Shown here: positions 9,577-20,200 of the stretch, one piece after another | Numbering within the stretch: position 1 is the stretch's first letter | How the letters are laid out: the number at the start of each line of letters is the position of its first letter | Source of the DNA: a bacterium | GTDB lineage: Bacteria > Joyebacterota > Joyebacteria > Joyebacterales > Joyebacteraceae | Length of the DNA stretch: 64,000 nt | Assembly: GCA_025774545.1 (NCBI GenBank) | Contig: JALGVU010000004.1 | Span: 2,130 to 66,129 of the forward strand | Direction: 5' to 3' | Notes under the pieces: generated by a model | What the model was told of the DNA's origin: nothing | Database searches by the model: none | Seen by the model: only the letters and a program-made list of their open reading frames with translations | Made by a program: the position numbers and the translations under genes

Positions 9577-9879
9577 CTACCTCCCTCTCCTCTTCCGCAC
9601 CGCACCGAGCTTGCCGGCCATCGTGAGCTCCTTGTCCCGACGATCGTCGATGACGACCGTCGTCAGGACTCTCACGACGTGCTCCCCGAAGGTGGACTCG
9701 TGCATGCGCGCGATCGCCTCGAGGATCTCCCTGAGATCTCCTTCAATCGCGGTTCCCATCGGATTGAGCTCGAAGCGGAGCCCCGTCGACTCCAGCACGT
9801 CCAGGCAGTGGGCGACGTGCTCGCTGATGCTCGCGCTCGACGTTCCTACCGGAACCACGCTCACCTGAACAACAGCCAT
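9577..9879 (-). CDS. MTH1187/YkoF family protein (DUF77; thiamine/ligand-binding ferredoxin-like fold)
   Basis: N-terminus MAVVQVSVVPVGTSSASISEHVAHCLDVLESTGLRFELNPMGTAIEG matches the MTH1187 family signature; 100 aa. Confidence 0.55.
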   Translation of the reverse strand: MAVVQVSVVPVGTSSASISEHVAHCLDVLESTGLRFELNPMGTAIEGDLREILEAIARMHESTFGEHVVRVLTTVVIDDRRDKELTMAGKLGAVRKRRGR

Positions 9880-9958
9880 GACCGTTTCCTCCCGCGCGTT
9901 CCACGGACGGAGCCGGAGAGGGCGCCGACACGGTGGTCCGGCGCGCGCCGCGGAGCCG

Positions 9959-10204
9959 TCAGTGTCCCTCCTCCTTGTCCACGACGAGGTTGGTCACCGT
10001 TCCCGTGACTCCCTCGATCGTGCGAAGCTGGTTCAACGTGAGATCGAGAAGCTCGTCGAAGGTCTCCGCCTCCACGAGGGCGATGATGTCCTGGTCGCCG
10101 CTCGTGAGATCGGCGGTCTTGACCTCGCGGCGTTCCAGGAGGGTGTCCCTCACCTCCCGCTCCTTCCCGGCGGCGACGTTGATCTTCACGTATGCTCGTG
10201 CCAC
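9959..10204 (-). CDS. stand-alone Lrp/AsnC C-terminal (RAM) ligand-binding domain protein, ~81 aa (GTG start)
   Basis: ARAYVKINVAAGKEREVRDTLLERREVKTADLTSGDQDIIALVEAETFDELLD resembles the AsnC-type effector domain; AAGGAGG RBS 5 nt before GTG at 10204. The ORF-track ORF extends further upstream to 10318. Confidence 0.5.
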   Translation of the reverse strand: MARAYVKINVAAGKEREVRDTLLERREVKTADLTSGDQDIIALVEAETFDELLDLTLNQLRTIEGVTGTVTNLVVDKEEGH

Positions 10205-10338
10205 TTGTGCCTCCTTGAACTCCGTCACAGGCGTCGTTTTCACCGTTCCGGTTTCGGGGCAGCCGATGCGCCCGTCTCGTGCCGCGGACCGCGGGCCCGC
10301 GGGAACAACGCCGAGCATCTACCAAAAGCGAGTCTCTG

Positions 10339-11163
10339 TCAACCTCGCGCCCGCTTGACGAATTCAAAACGTTCCGCGCGTATGTCGGTCACGAGTACCC
10401 TGTCGACGAGTTCGCCGGTCTCGGAGAGGATCGCCATCGCGATCTCGAACGCGGCATCCCTCGATTCCGACGGCACCTTGTTCAGAATCGGGCGGACGGT
10501 CGCCCCGGCCGGCACGCGCTTCATGCCCCCATCTGGTGCGGCCACGACGCGCGCCACGAGGTCCGGAGTCACCCGATCCCCCTCGGCGTAGGCGCGAAGG
10601 AGCTCTGGCCGGTGGACGGTGCCGTCGTCGATCCGGCGACCCAGGACGTCGAGCCCCACCATCGGGCAGACGATGGTCGCCCCTCCGGGAATCACGGGCT
10701 CGTGCTCGGCCGGCGCCTTGAGCGACCGCTGGCGCGAGCCGTCGGCTTCGACCAGGGTCGCGTCGGGCCCAACGGCCGCGGCGAGGGCCTCGAGGGCCGC
10801 GGGGGCGACGCCGACGAACTTCCCATCGGAGCCAAGCGCACTCGCCACGAAGAGGCTCCGATGCACGGCGAGATCCCGGCTGACGCGCGCGGTGCAGGCG
10901 CTTCCCACCGTTCTCGGCAGCGGGGGGACGTTCGCCACTCCGTCCGGCGGCCGGCAGGACGGACACAGGGCGACCGGCATGGCCTCCGCAACGCTCTGCC
11001 CGACCTTCGTCGTCGTCGACGCGAGCACTCTCCAGCCCACGCCGGCGAGTTCCTCGACGAGCCTCAGAAGCGCGGTCGTCTTCCCCCCTCCACCGACGAG
11101 CGCGACCACGTCGCCGCGGCCGACGCCGATCGCCTCGGAGAGGAGCGCGACTCGCGTCACTCT
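10339..11163 (-). CDS. YqeC-like protein (TIGR03172-type, probable selenium-dependent hydroxylase accessory protein family), GTG start overlapping upstream stop
   Basis: GDVVALVGGGGKTTALLRL and VLASTTTKVG motifs typical of YqeC. The ORF-track ORF 10339..11865 is an artefactual in-frame extension into the GGDEF gene. Real start is GTG at 11163 in a GTGA start/stop overlap with the upstream gene. Confidence 0.5.
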   Translation of the reverse strand, partial: RVTRVALLSEAIGVGRGDVVALVGGGGKTTALLRLVEELAGVGWRVLASTTTKVGQSVAEAMPVALCPSCRPPDGVANVPPLPRTVGSACTARVSRDLAVHRSLFVASALGSDGKFVGVAPAALEALAAAVGPDATLVEADGSRQRSLKAPAEHEPVIPGGATIVCPMVGLDVLGRRIDDGTVHRPELLRAYAEGDRVTPDLVARVVAAPDGGMKRVPAGATVRPILNKVPSESRDAAFEIAMAILSETGELVDRVLVTDIRAERFEFVKRARG

Positions 11164-12515
11164 TGCCGGATGTCCTTCCAGAAGACGGTCCTGTTCTTGC
11201 CGGTCCGCTTCGCCTCGAAGAGGGCAATGCGGTCGGCCTTGTCGATGAGGTCGCTCCTCGACTTCGCATCGAGCGGATAGAGCGCCCCACCGATACTGAT
11301 CGTGACGTCGCGCGTCGGGTCGTCGGACAGGCCGGTAACGAACCGCTGGGTCTCCACGTTGCTCCGGACACGCTCGGCTACCATCCTCGCGGTCTCGCGC
11401 GTCACGTCGGGGAGCACGAGCACGAACTCCTCCCCGCCGTAGCGCGCCACGATGTCGACCTGTCGAGCGTTCTCGGTCAGGATGCGTGCGACCTGCCTGA
11501 GGACGCTGTCGCCCGCCGCGTGGCCGAGCGTGTCGTTGATCTGCTTGAAGTCGTCGAGGTCCATGACCAGGAGCGCCAGCGCGTTTCCCGACCGCTTGCA
11601 GCGCTCGATCTCCCGCGTCAGCTGCTCGTCGAAGTACCGTCGGTTGTGGATCTCGCTCATGTGGTCGACGAAGATCAGCTCCTCGACCTCGAGTCTCCGC
11701 TTGATCAGGCCGCCCGCGAACTCGGCGATGAACTCGATGATGAACAGGTCCTCCGGCCCGTACGCTTCCGGACGCTCGGTCCACAGCTCCAGCACGCCGT
11801 AGACGTAGGCCTCGGCCTTGAGCGGAGCGACGACGAGCGAGCCGCCCACGCCGTGGGGGAAGCACCTCGCGTGGCGCTCGTCGGCCTGGACGTCGGGGAC
11901 GTGGAGCGAGCGCCCGCTCTCCTCCACCTCGGCCTTGAGGGGATCGGGGGTGATCCGCTCCTCATCCGGCCAGCGGTACACGTCGTCCAGCTCGCTCAGG
12001 GTCCGCGCCGACGAGTTCGACAGGCCTCGCGACATGAACACGGCGATGCGATCGTAACCGACTGCTTCGTGCAGCAGATCGTACAGACGATCGAGGGCGC
12101 CCACGAGATCGCTCCGGCGGCTCGAAGCGGCGACGGCGTCGAGGAGGGCCAGCGGAAGCGCGGGTGGCGCGCTGGGTGCGAGAGGCTTGGCGGCGGCCGA
12201 GGGCTCGCCCGCGGGCGGCTCCGGCACGGACGGCTCGGTCTGCTCCACCTGCGCCAGGGTGATCGAGATCGTGTCGAGCGAGGCGAGATCGCGGTAGCTG
12301 AGCCGAACGCGGCCGTCGGCCTCCTCTCGTCCGACGCGTTCGATCCGTCCCATCTCGCACAGACGCTCGAGCAGCCTCACTGCGCCCTCGCGAACCGCGC
12401 GTTCGTCGGCCTCGGCGAGGAGCGCGCGATAGAGATCGAGGCCCTCACGATCGAGCGCCCCCACCGGAATCAGCCGCTCGAGAAGCTCGAAGGATGTCAG
12501 CCTTCTTTTCCTCAT
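11157..12515 (-). CDS. GAF-GGDEF diguanylate cyclase (ORF extends to 12584)
   Basis: C-terminal GGDEF domain with RYGGEEF active site, D-x-LGH and KQINDT motifs; N-terminal GAF-like region. Confidence 0.8.
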   Translation of the reverse strand: MRKRRLTSFELLERLIPVGALDREGLDLYRALLAEADERAVREGAVRLLERLCEMGRIERVGREEADGRVRLSYRDLASLDTISITLAQVEQTEPSVPEPPAGEPSAAAKPLAPSAPPALPLALLDAVAASSRRSDLVGALDRLYDLLHEAVGYDRIAVFMSRGLSNSSARTLSELDDVYRWPDEERITPDPLKAEVEESGRSLHVPDVQADERHARCFPHGVGGSLVVAPLKAEAYVYGVLELWTERPEAYGPEDLFIIEFIAEFAGGLIKRRLEVEELIFVDHMSEIHNRRYFDEQLTREIERCKRSGNALALLVMDLDDFKQINDTLGHAAGDSVLRQVARILTENARQVDIVARYGGEEFVLVLPDVTRETARMVAERVRSNVETQRFVTGLSDDPTRDVTISIGGALYPLDAKSRSDLIDKADRIALFEAKRTGKNRTVFWKDIRQE

Positions 12516-12661
12516 TTCGTCCGTCCCAGTGCCGTGTCGTGGCCCCGGCTGCAATGCAATCCGGCACGTTTCTTTCAACAACAATCATAGACCATCGTCA
12601 AGAATCAGTCAAAGGGGCGGTCGCTCGAACGCCTCGTTTTCCTCTTGCGCGGAGGGCCCCG

Positions 12662-14224
12662 ATGGGGATAATGTCGTCTATCGTGAAACACGCAGGGCTG
12701 CTGCTCGCACTCATTGGGCTCGTGAGTCTTGCCGGCTGCAGTGGTACCGGCTCCACGGTGTCCCGGACACGAAGCTCGGACGTCACTGACACGTCCGAGA
12801 GGACCACCGTGGGAGACTCCCTCGACGCGGCCGACCGGCTCTACCGGGAGGCCCTCGCCCACTACGTCACCGATGCCTGGGACGAGGCCGCGCCTCTCCT
12901 CGAACGCGCCCTCGTGCTCCTCGACGGCGCGATTCCCGAGACCGAGGAGGGCGAGTCCGCCAGGGCCTCTCTCCAATCGCGCGTCTGCTACTTCCTCGAG
13001 ATCGTCTCCGATCACTGCGACGCCGTCCCCGATGCCGAAGGTGGCGCGGCCGGCGCCGACGCGCCCGTCGTGTCGGTCTCGCGCCGGAGCCGCGAGAGGA
13101 CGGAACGGACGAACTCGATCACGATCGTCCGGAACGACCGAGTCGAGTCGTGGATCAAGTACTTCCGGACGAGGGGCAAGAACGACATGACCCGGTGGCT
13201 CGGGCGGACGACACGCTACCGTCCAATGATCGACGAGGTTCTCGAGGAGTACGGCCTTCCTCACGAGCTCTTCTACCTTGCGATGATCGAGAGCGGGCTC
13301 AACCCGAACGCCTACTCGTCCGCGCACGCGGCGGGGATGTGGCAGTTCATCTCGAGCCGCGCGCGCATGTACGAGCTCCGGGTCGACTGGTGGGTCGACG
13401 AGCGGCGTGATCCCGAGAAAGCAACGCGGGCCGCGGCCGCCTATCTGAGCGATCTCTACGACATGTTCGGGTGCTGGGAACTCGCGCTCGCGGGATACAA
13501 CTCGGGAGAGGGACGCGTCATCCGCGCCCGGAAGAAGCACCCGTCGTGTCCGGACTACTGGTGCCTCGACCTTCCCCGGGAGACCGAGAACTTCGTCCCG
13601 AAGTTCATGGCGGCCGTCGTGATCGGCTCCGACCCCGAGGCGTACGGGTTCTCGGGGTGGAAGGAGGAACGGCCGCTCGAGTACGAGCCCATCGAGGTCA
13701 GGAGCGCCTTCGACCTCGACGTGATCGCGGAGGCCGCGGGCACGAACCGCGACGCCATCAAGCAGCTGAACCCAGCGCTTCGGCGTTGGTGCACCCCGAG
13801 CGACGCAGCGTGCACCGTCTACGTGCCTGCTGGGCGGGGCCCTCAGTGCCTCGCAGAGCTTGCCAAGGTCCCGGCCAGCGAGCGTGTGGCGTATCAGCGG
13901 CATCGCATCGGCCGGGGCGAGACGCTCTCTGACATCGCGGACGCCTACGGCACCAGCATCAAGGCGATCGCCTCGTTCAACGGTATCAGCAATCCCCACC
14001 GCATCCGGGCGGGCGAGCACGTCGTCATCCCCACGGGGGCGACCGGGAGCGGCGACGTCTACGCGGGGCTCGACGAGTCGCGGAGCTACAGGGTTCGCCG
14101 CGGCGACACGGTGTCATCGATCGCGAGGAAGTTCGGCAAGCGCACGAACAGCTTGCTTCGCGCGAACGGGCTCGGGTGGAGATCCAGGATCTACCCGGGC
14201 GACACACTCAAGATTCCGATGTAG
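12662..14224 (+). CDS. mltD: membrane-bound lytic murein transglycosylase D-like lipoprotein (SLT domain + 2 LysM)
   Basis: Lipobox LVSLAGCSG after the MGIMSSIVKHAGLLLALIG signal; SLT catalytic motif ESGLNPNAYSSAHAAGMWQF; two C-terminal LysM repeats (GETLSDIA..., GDTVSSIA...). Confidence 0.8.
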   Translation: MGIMSSIVKHAGLLLALIGLVSLAGCSGTGSTVSRTRSSDVTDTSERTTVGDSLDAADRLYREALAHYVTDAWDEAAPLLERALVLLDGAIPETEEGESARASLQSRVCYFLEIVSDHCDAVPDAEGGAAGADAPVVSVSRRSRERTERTNSITIVRNDRVESWIKYFRTRGKNDMTRWLGRTTRYRPMIDEVLEEYGLPHELFYLAMIESGLNPNAYSSAHAAGMWQFISSRARMYELRVDWWVDERRDPEKATRAAAAYLSDLYDMFGCWELALAGYNSGEGRVIRARKKHPSCPDYWCLDLPRETENFVPKFMAAVVIGSDPEAYGFSGWKEERPLEYEPIEVRSAFDLDVIAEAAGTNRDAIKQLNPALRRWCTPSDAACTVYVPAGRGPQCLAELAKVPASERVAYQRHRIGRGETLSDIADAYGTSIKAIASFNGISNPHRIRAGEHVVIPTGATGSGDVYAGLDESRSYRVRRGDTVSSIARKFGKRTNSLLRANGLGWRSRIYPGDTLKIPM

Positions 14225-14250
14225 CGGTGGCCGAGTGGGACGGCCGGCGC

Positions 14251-14346
14251 GTGACCGCGTTCGCCGACGGGCCCCCCACGAGTGACCGCGTTCGCCGACG
14301 GGCCCACCACGAAGTGACCGCGTTTGCCGACGAGGCCAGGCACAAA
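14251..14346. repeat. 3 x ~32-nt tandem direct repeat (GTGACCGCGTTCGCCGACGGGCCCmCCACGA)
   Basis: Read directly in the convergent intergenic region between mltD and the downstream lipoprotein gene; the third copy is degenerate. Confidence 0.6.
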
Positions 14347-14452
14347 GCGCAGCCCCGGATCCTCAGTGAGGGTCCGGGGCTTCCTCTTTGGCTCTCGGAA
14401 TGCCGCGAGTTCGAGGCTCAGCGCAGCGGCCTGGCCACCCCTCCGCGTCTTC

Positions 14453-15784
14453 CTAGTGCTCGGCGGTCTGACGGACCGGCCTCAGGACGGCCGTCCGCTT
14501 CAACTCGCCCGCCGGGACGTCGGAGACGATGGCGCGGATCATCGCGTCGTGGTTCTCGATCGGCTCCCAGAGCGACCAGTTGTTCCTGTAGCTCTTGAAG
14601 TCGATCGGGTACGTGTCGTCGAGTCCGATCACGGGGTTGCTTCGATGCAGCCACTCCATCCCAACGAAGAACTGCTTGTCGGGGAAGTGCGTGTCGTTGG
14701 AGATGTTCACCGCGTTCGGGATCACCAGCTCGAGCCACGCCTCCTCAGGGTAGAGCTCGCCGGGGTTCAGTCCCTCGTTGGCCTCGACGCCGGGGAGTAT
14801 GTCCTGGTTGGGACGCCAGACCAGCGCCCGGAACGGCTTCGTGCTGGGCGCCTCGGGGTCGTTCGGGTTGTCCACGTTGTCGTTCATGATGAAGAAGTGG
14901 ATCCCGATCACGTAGTTCGCCCAGGTCGGGGCCTGGAAGAGCGTGGCGAGCTTCATCCCGCGCTGCCCGGTCGTCTGGTTGTCGATCGAGCCGAACGAAC
15001 CGTCGTCCCACGTGAGCGTGGTGTCCTTGCCCTCGGCCACCCAGTCGATGCTGACCTGCTCGGACGAGACGTTCCCCGCGTAGTCGAAGGCCTCGACGTA
15101 GTACCGGATGAGCGAGTCAGGGTTGTTCACGGTCAGTGGCGGTGTTGTCAGCGGCACCCAGAACCGCACCGCATCCGGCCCCGGCGGGGCCTCGAAGGTG
15201 TCGTAGACCGTCGGCAGGAACTCGTTGATGCCGCCGTAGCGGACCCTCGTCCCGTCTGCCGTCGTGTTCGTTATCCCGACGAGCGTCAGTGCCGGGAGAC
15301 CCGTCGACCAGTTGCCCGATATCGGATCGAGCTCGGCGCCCTCGATCGGCGGCTCGAAGGCGACCGGAGGCGCCGTCATGTCGAGGAGGATGTCGATCTC
15401 CACGTTCTCGCTCGCCCGGTTGCCGTAGAGGTCGGTCACAGCAGCCGAGATCGTCTTGGCCCCCTCATCGCCGAGGTGGACACCGACGACCGTGAAACGC
15501 CCCAGCCCGCCGTCGTCGGGGACCGCCGGTGACGCCAGGGCGGTGCCCTTCGACTCACCGTTCACCATGATCTCGACCGTCGCACCGACCTCGGCGCGGC
15601 CGCGGACATTGATCGTTTGGCTGCTCAGGCTCGCACCGTCCTCCGGATTCGTGATCATCGTTCCGGTCGGCGGATCGTTGTCCGAACTCACGCCGGTCTT
15701 GCTGCAGCCAGCCGCGAGGACGAGCCCCACCGCCGCCGCGGTGATCGCGAGCATCGCGAGCCACCTTGTTCGTCCGTCTCTCAT
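14453..15784 (-). CDS. hypothetical secreted lipoprotein (443 aa)
   Basis: Signal peptide + lipobox LAAGCS; Thr/Asn/Asp-rich beta-rich sequence without recognisable catalytic motif; real gene on the strand opposite to the spurious ORF 14324..15532. Confidence 0.5.
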   Translation of the reverse strand: MRDGRTRWLAMLAITAAAVGLVLAAGCSKTGVSSDNDPPTGTMITNPEDGASLSSQTINVRGRAEVGATVEIMVNGESKGTALASPAVPDDGGLGRFTVVGVHLGDEGAKTISAAVTDLYGNRASENVEIDILLDMTAPPVAFEPPIEGAELDPISGNWSTGLPALTLVGITNTTADGTRVRYGGINEFLPTVYDTFEAPPGPDAVRFWVPLTTPPLTVNNPDSLIRYYVEAFDYAGNVSSEQVSIDWVAEGKDTTLTWDDGSFGSIDNQTTGQRGMKLATLFQAPTWANYVIGIHFFIMNDNVDNPNDPEAPSTKPFRALVWRPNQDILPGVEANEGLNPGELYPEEAWLELVIPNAVNISNDTHFPDKQFFVGMEWLHRSNPVIGLDDTYPIDFKSYRNNWSLWEPIENHDAMIRAIVSDVPAGELKRTAVLRPVRQTAEH

Positions 15785-15889
15785 CGACTCCGTCTCCTTC
15801 CGCAGGGAGAGCCTATCGTTGGACGATGCGCCGCCCCCTCAAGGCGCGAATCCGGCCGGTCCGGGCGGCCGTGAGCCCCGTGACGTCGG

Positions 15890-16984
15890 CTAGAAGCTGT
15901 AGGACGCCGACACCCTGTGACTCGAGTCCAGATACTCGTGTTTGCCGAACGCGTAGTTTATCGTGAAACCGCGATAGCCCACACCCGCTCCCGCGGTCAA
16001 CTGACCCATCGCAAGTCCCGCGCGGACGCTCACGTGATCCCCGTGTCCGTAGGTGAACTCCACGCCGTAGTGCGTGTCGGCCGAGATCGGGCCGACGTGG
16101 TACTCGTCGGCGGTGAGACGATTCTCGAAGCGGAAGTCCGCGTCGGCGGCGAGGATGATCCTCGCGTCCATCGTCTCGATCGGGCGCTCGTACGCGATCC
16201 CGAGTTTCGCCGTGGGCATGATCGACTCGCGCTCCTTCGTGTTCCACACGAGGAACGTGGTCGTCACGTCCTGGAGATTGGCTCCGAGCGTCGTCCCCTC
16301 CCAGAGCTCGTACTTGGCTCCGAGATCGAAGCCCACGCCGTAGCACGAGAAGCTGCCGACGCTCTTCCGCACGATCTTGAGGTTCCCGCCGAGCCGCAGC
16401 CTGTCCGATGTTCTCCTGCCGTAGCTCACCAGGAGGGCCATCTCGGCGTCGCTCTCCCAGTTGATCCGCGTCGGGTCGTAGATGATCCGCTCCCCGTCCT
16501 CCTCGAAGTCGGTGAACGGGATGTCGTCGACCGAAAGCCTGACCACGGTCACGGCGATGGCCGAGTCGTCGGACAGCGGGTGCACGTACGCCCCCGTGTC
16601 GTAGTCGACGACACTGCCGAAGGTCTCCGAGTGCATGAGTTGCACCGACCGGGTCGGGACGTCGGTCACGCCCGCCGGGTTCCAGTATCCAGTGGTGACG
16701 TCGTCGGAAACGGCGACGAAGGCGCTCCCCATGCCGAGCGCGCGGGCCCCGACTCCGTGCGTCAGGAACTCCCCCGCGTACTTGTTCGCTGCCGCGCCGG
16801 GAAGCGCAGAGGCGAGAAGCACGGCGGCGACGAGAATGAGCGGAATCGTAGGTCGGGCCGCCCGCCGGACAAGCCCGCGAACAGGCCTCTCTCGTTCTCT
16901 CGAGATCATCAGATCCCCTTCTAGCATGCTCGCATCCGGTTGTAAAGTCGAAAGGGAGCCCCGCCCGCGTGCGCGGGCCATCAT
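15890..16984 (-). CDS. PorV/FadL-like outer-membrane beta-barrel protein
   Basis: GARALGMGSAFVAVSDDVTTGYWNPAGV N-terminal motif shared by PorV (LptO) and FadL families; C-terminal aromatic residue (F); ATGA start/stop overlap with upstream small ORF; alternative internal starts at 16927/16909. Confidence 0.55.
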   Translation of the reverse strand: MMARARGRGSLSTLQPDASMLEGDLMISRERERPVRGLVRRAARPTIPLILVAAVLLASALPGAAANKYAGEFLTHGVGARALGMGSAFVAVSDDVTTGYWNPAGVTDVPTRSVQLMHSETFGSVVDYDTGAYVHPLSDDSAIAVTVVRLSVDDIPFTDFEEDGERIIYDPTRINWESDAEMALLVSYGRRTSDRLRLGGNLKIVRKSVGSFSCYGVGFDLGAKYELWEGTTLGANLQDVTTTFLVWNTKERESIMPTAKLGIAYERPIETMDARIILAADADFRFENRLTADEYHVGPISADTHYGVEFTYGHGDHVSVRAGLAMGQLTAGAGVGYRGFTINYAFGKHEYLDSSHRVSASYSF

Positions 16985-17277
16985 CGCTCGAGCTCCCGCC
17001 TCAAGAGCTCCGCCCGCACCCGCTCGTTCCTTCTGCCGGTCCGGACGATGTTCCTCCTCACCCTGTTCAGACGGGTCGTGAGTCTCATCGCTTCAAAGAG
17101 GTCGTGCTCTTCGTCCGAAAGGAACTTGAGGTTGCCCCGGTGCCACCGGAGCCTCTCCTCGAGGGCCGCGCCGTACTCGTGCATGTAGACCAGGGTCGAC
17201 GCCGAGACCCGCGCCAGCCGCGCGTCCTCCTCGTCCAGTCTGACCTCGGCCTGGGGAGCCTCGAACACGATTCCCAA
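16981..17277 (-). CDS. small hypothetical protein (98 aa) between the C25 peptidase and the PorV-like gene
   Basis: ORF in operon context with 4-nt overlap to the downstream gene; no recognisable domain. Confidence 0.35.
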   Translation of the reverse strand: MGIVFEAPQAEVRLDEEDARLARVSASTLVYMHEYGAALEERLRWHRGNLKFLSDEEHDLFEAMRLTTRLNRVRRNIVRTGRRNERVRAELLRRELER

Positions 17278-17290
17278 CGATCCCTCCCAC

Positions 17291-20200
17291 CTACCGGACG
17301 AGGATCATCTTGCGCGTCTCCTCGTGTTCGCCGACCGTGAGCCGGTAGAGATAGACGCCCGCTGCGACGTCGACGCCCAGCTCGTCCGTGCCCTCCCACG
17401 TCACGCTGTGCTCGCCGGCCCGCACGGGACCCCGCACGAGGGTCCGGATGAGGCGTCCCTGGACATTGTAGATCGCTAAGCTCGCCTCGGCCTCCCCGCG
17501 CATCGAGAACGTGATCGAGGTCGACGGGCTGAACGGATTCGGGCAGTTCTGGTGCAGGAGGGCCATCTCGCCGACCTCCTCCTCGCCGCCCGCGACACCG
17601 GTCCCCGACGGGGCCACGGCCGTCCCGACCGCGACGTCGTCGATGTAGACCCCCTCCTCGACGTCCGCGCCGTCGCTCGTGAAGCGGAACCTGACCTTGA
17701 GCGCGTCGCCGTTCATGTCTGGCACCAGGTAGCGGTACTCGAGCCAGTCGTTCCCGATCGATCCCAACATGTCGAGGGCGCCCCCGCTCCCGATGAAGTC
17801 GAGGGTGTCGACCGGGTCGCTTCCCGAGAGGAGTTCGACGAAGAAGCCGTCCTCGTGGTAGATCGGGAACTCGTACCAGCACCAGAACGACAGCTCCATG
17901 TTCGGGCCCGCGGTGAATTCGGGCGAGTCCAGATGGCAGTTCATGTCGTCGGCGTACTCCCACGTGTCGGTCGAGCCGCAGTACCAACTCGTCGCTCCCG
18001 AATGCGCTCTGTGCGACGTCAGGGTCCAGAGGTCCGACTCGCCTCCGTGATTCCATCCGGCCGCCCCGTCCTCGAAATCGTACGCCCGACCGACGTCGCC
18101 GACCGCGATGACGAGCGTGTCGCTGCTCGTTTCTCCCTCCGCCGTCTCGGTCGCGAACGACAGCTCCGGGAAGTGCGGCACCGGAATCCCGTGGGCGAGC
18201 TGGATCTCGAAGACCGCCTGGGCGAGCCCACCGCTCGGGATCCGCCCGAGTGAGGCGCTCCCGCCGGTCACGAACACGTCGGGATCGAGGCTCGCCAGGG
18301 TCGCCTCCGCCGCCGACGCGTCGGCCAGGCCGCCGTTCGTGACCTCGACCATGAGCTTGAGAATCTCGCCGGGTTCGGGCACACCGTTGCCGTTGCCGCC
18401 CCACGCATCGTCGACGTCGTAACCGCCGGTCGACAGGACGGCCGCCGCGACGGTGAGCGCGATCGTGCCCCCCCACGAGCCGCGGCCGCCGGCCGACACG
18501 ATGTCGACGTCGAGGTCGACGACGTGGCCGTCGGCGCAGCCCTCGACGATGCTGATCGAGAAGGCCGGCTCGCCCACGGCCGTCTCTCCGCCCGGAATGT
18601 CCGGATAGGCCGACTCGCCGGCGAGCACCTGCGCCCAGGGGTCGTCGGTCGTGATCGTCACGTCGACGCCGGTGGCTTCTTCCGTTCCGAAGTTCCTGAC
18701 CGTGAGGGAGAGGTCGACGGTCTCGCCGGGGCCGGCGAGTCCGTCGCCGTTGCCCGACGCGTCATCGATCGCGAGTCCCTCCCCCCTCAGGTAGACGCCC
18801 GACATGGCGACGGGCACCGTCGTTTCGTAGGGACGGCAGTCGGCCGCCGTGACCGTGAGCTCGAGGGTCTCCGGGACGGCCGTCTCGACGGCCATCGTCA
18901 CGGTTCCGTCGGAGCCGGTGTGCCCCCTTCCGTAGAGGTCGACGCCGTTGCGGAGACAGACGAGGGCGTCGGCCACGGGTCCTGTCGACGTCCGGACGGT
19001 CGCGTCGAAGATGAAGGTCCCCGCCACGACCGAGTGTGGGTGTTCGACGCTCAGAAGCGCCGGCTCGCGCGTCCAGATGGGCATCTCCGGGTCGCCCAGG
19101 AGATTCAGCTCATACTGGTGCCAGCGGTAGACGTTCTCTGACTGCGAGAACGGTATCAGGACGGCCTTGGCAGCCGCGAGGACGGCCCCCGCGTGGCGCA
19201 CCTCCTCGACAAAGAGGAAGCGGTAGAACTCCTGCATGAAGCGCTCGGAGTATCCGAAGCCCGGGTTGCCGGGGGACGCCCATCCGTAGCGGTCGTTCCC
19301 GATGAAGGCGACCGCGCCGCCTCCGGGGTTCCTGAGGAAGTGCTCCGCGATGCAGCTCTCCTCGAGGTCGAACGCGGCCGGCCAGCAGCCGATCGAATAG
19401 ACGACCGGCAGTCCCATCGCGTTCGTGAGGGCGTCGGCGTGCGAGCGGTTCATGTAGCCCTCGCCGCAGCCCATCACGGTGTACCAGGCGTGGCCGCTGT
19501 GCAGGAAGTGTCCCTTCCCGGCGTTGATTGCCTCGACGACGCTCGTGACGGACTCGTTTCCGAGCGTCTCGTAGAGCTTGGTGATCGGGTCGAATCGAGG
19601 CGGCACGGAGTCCCGGTCGATCCGGTTCAGGGCGATCCCCGAGTCCGTGAAGGGATCGTCCCACAGGATCTCGGCCGCCATGAGCATGTCCAGCTCGACG
19701 CCCGACGCCGAGGCCCTCTCGTAGTCGAGCACCTTCCCGACGAAGACCTCGGCCTCCTCGACGCTCGTGACCGGCGCGCGGCCGACGAAGACCTCCGGGT
19801 AGAGATCGACGTCGTCGTCGGTCTCACCGTACGTGTCGTCGCCGTCGAGGTTCCAGTCGCCGTCGAGGTCGGCGTAGTAGAGGTCGGCGGCGAGGTCGTC
19901 ATCCAACGCGTGGCCTCCGGCCTCGCAGGTCATGGCGTACGCGTGGCGCGCGGGCACCCAATCGGTGTCGCCTCCCAGGAGGATCCAGACCGAGCCCCAC
20001 GTCTCGTACGCGTCGGCGATGAAGGCCCTGATTCGCTCCTGGGTGTCGTCACCCGCGTACGTCGCGTCGATCCACTGCACAGTCACGATCGTCGCGGGCA
20101 CGCCCTTCTGCGACTTCCAGTCGGCGAGCGGAGCGAACGCCGCGGCATGGGCATCGTCGGCGATGATGACGTACTCGATGTCGTCGGGATCGAGGAGGGT

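Noticed and set aside
10339-11865. Single 508-aa ORF spanning the YqeC-like gene and the 3' part of the GGDEF gene
   Set aside because: The N-terminal 234 codons are an out-of-frame, Arg-rich read through the GGDEF coding region. The conserved YqeC-like sequence begins at the GTG (11163) that overlaps the GGDEF stop
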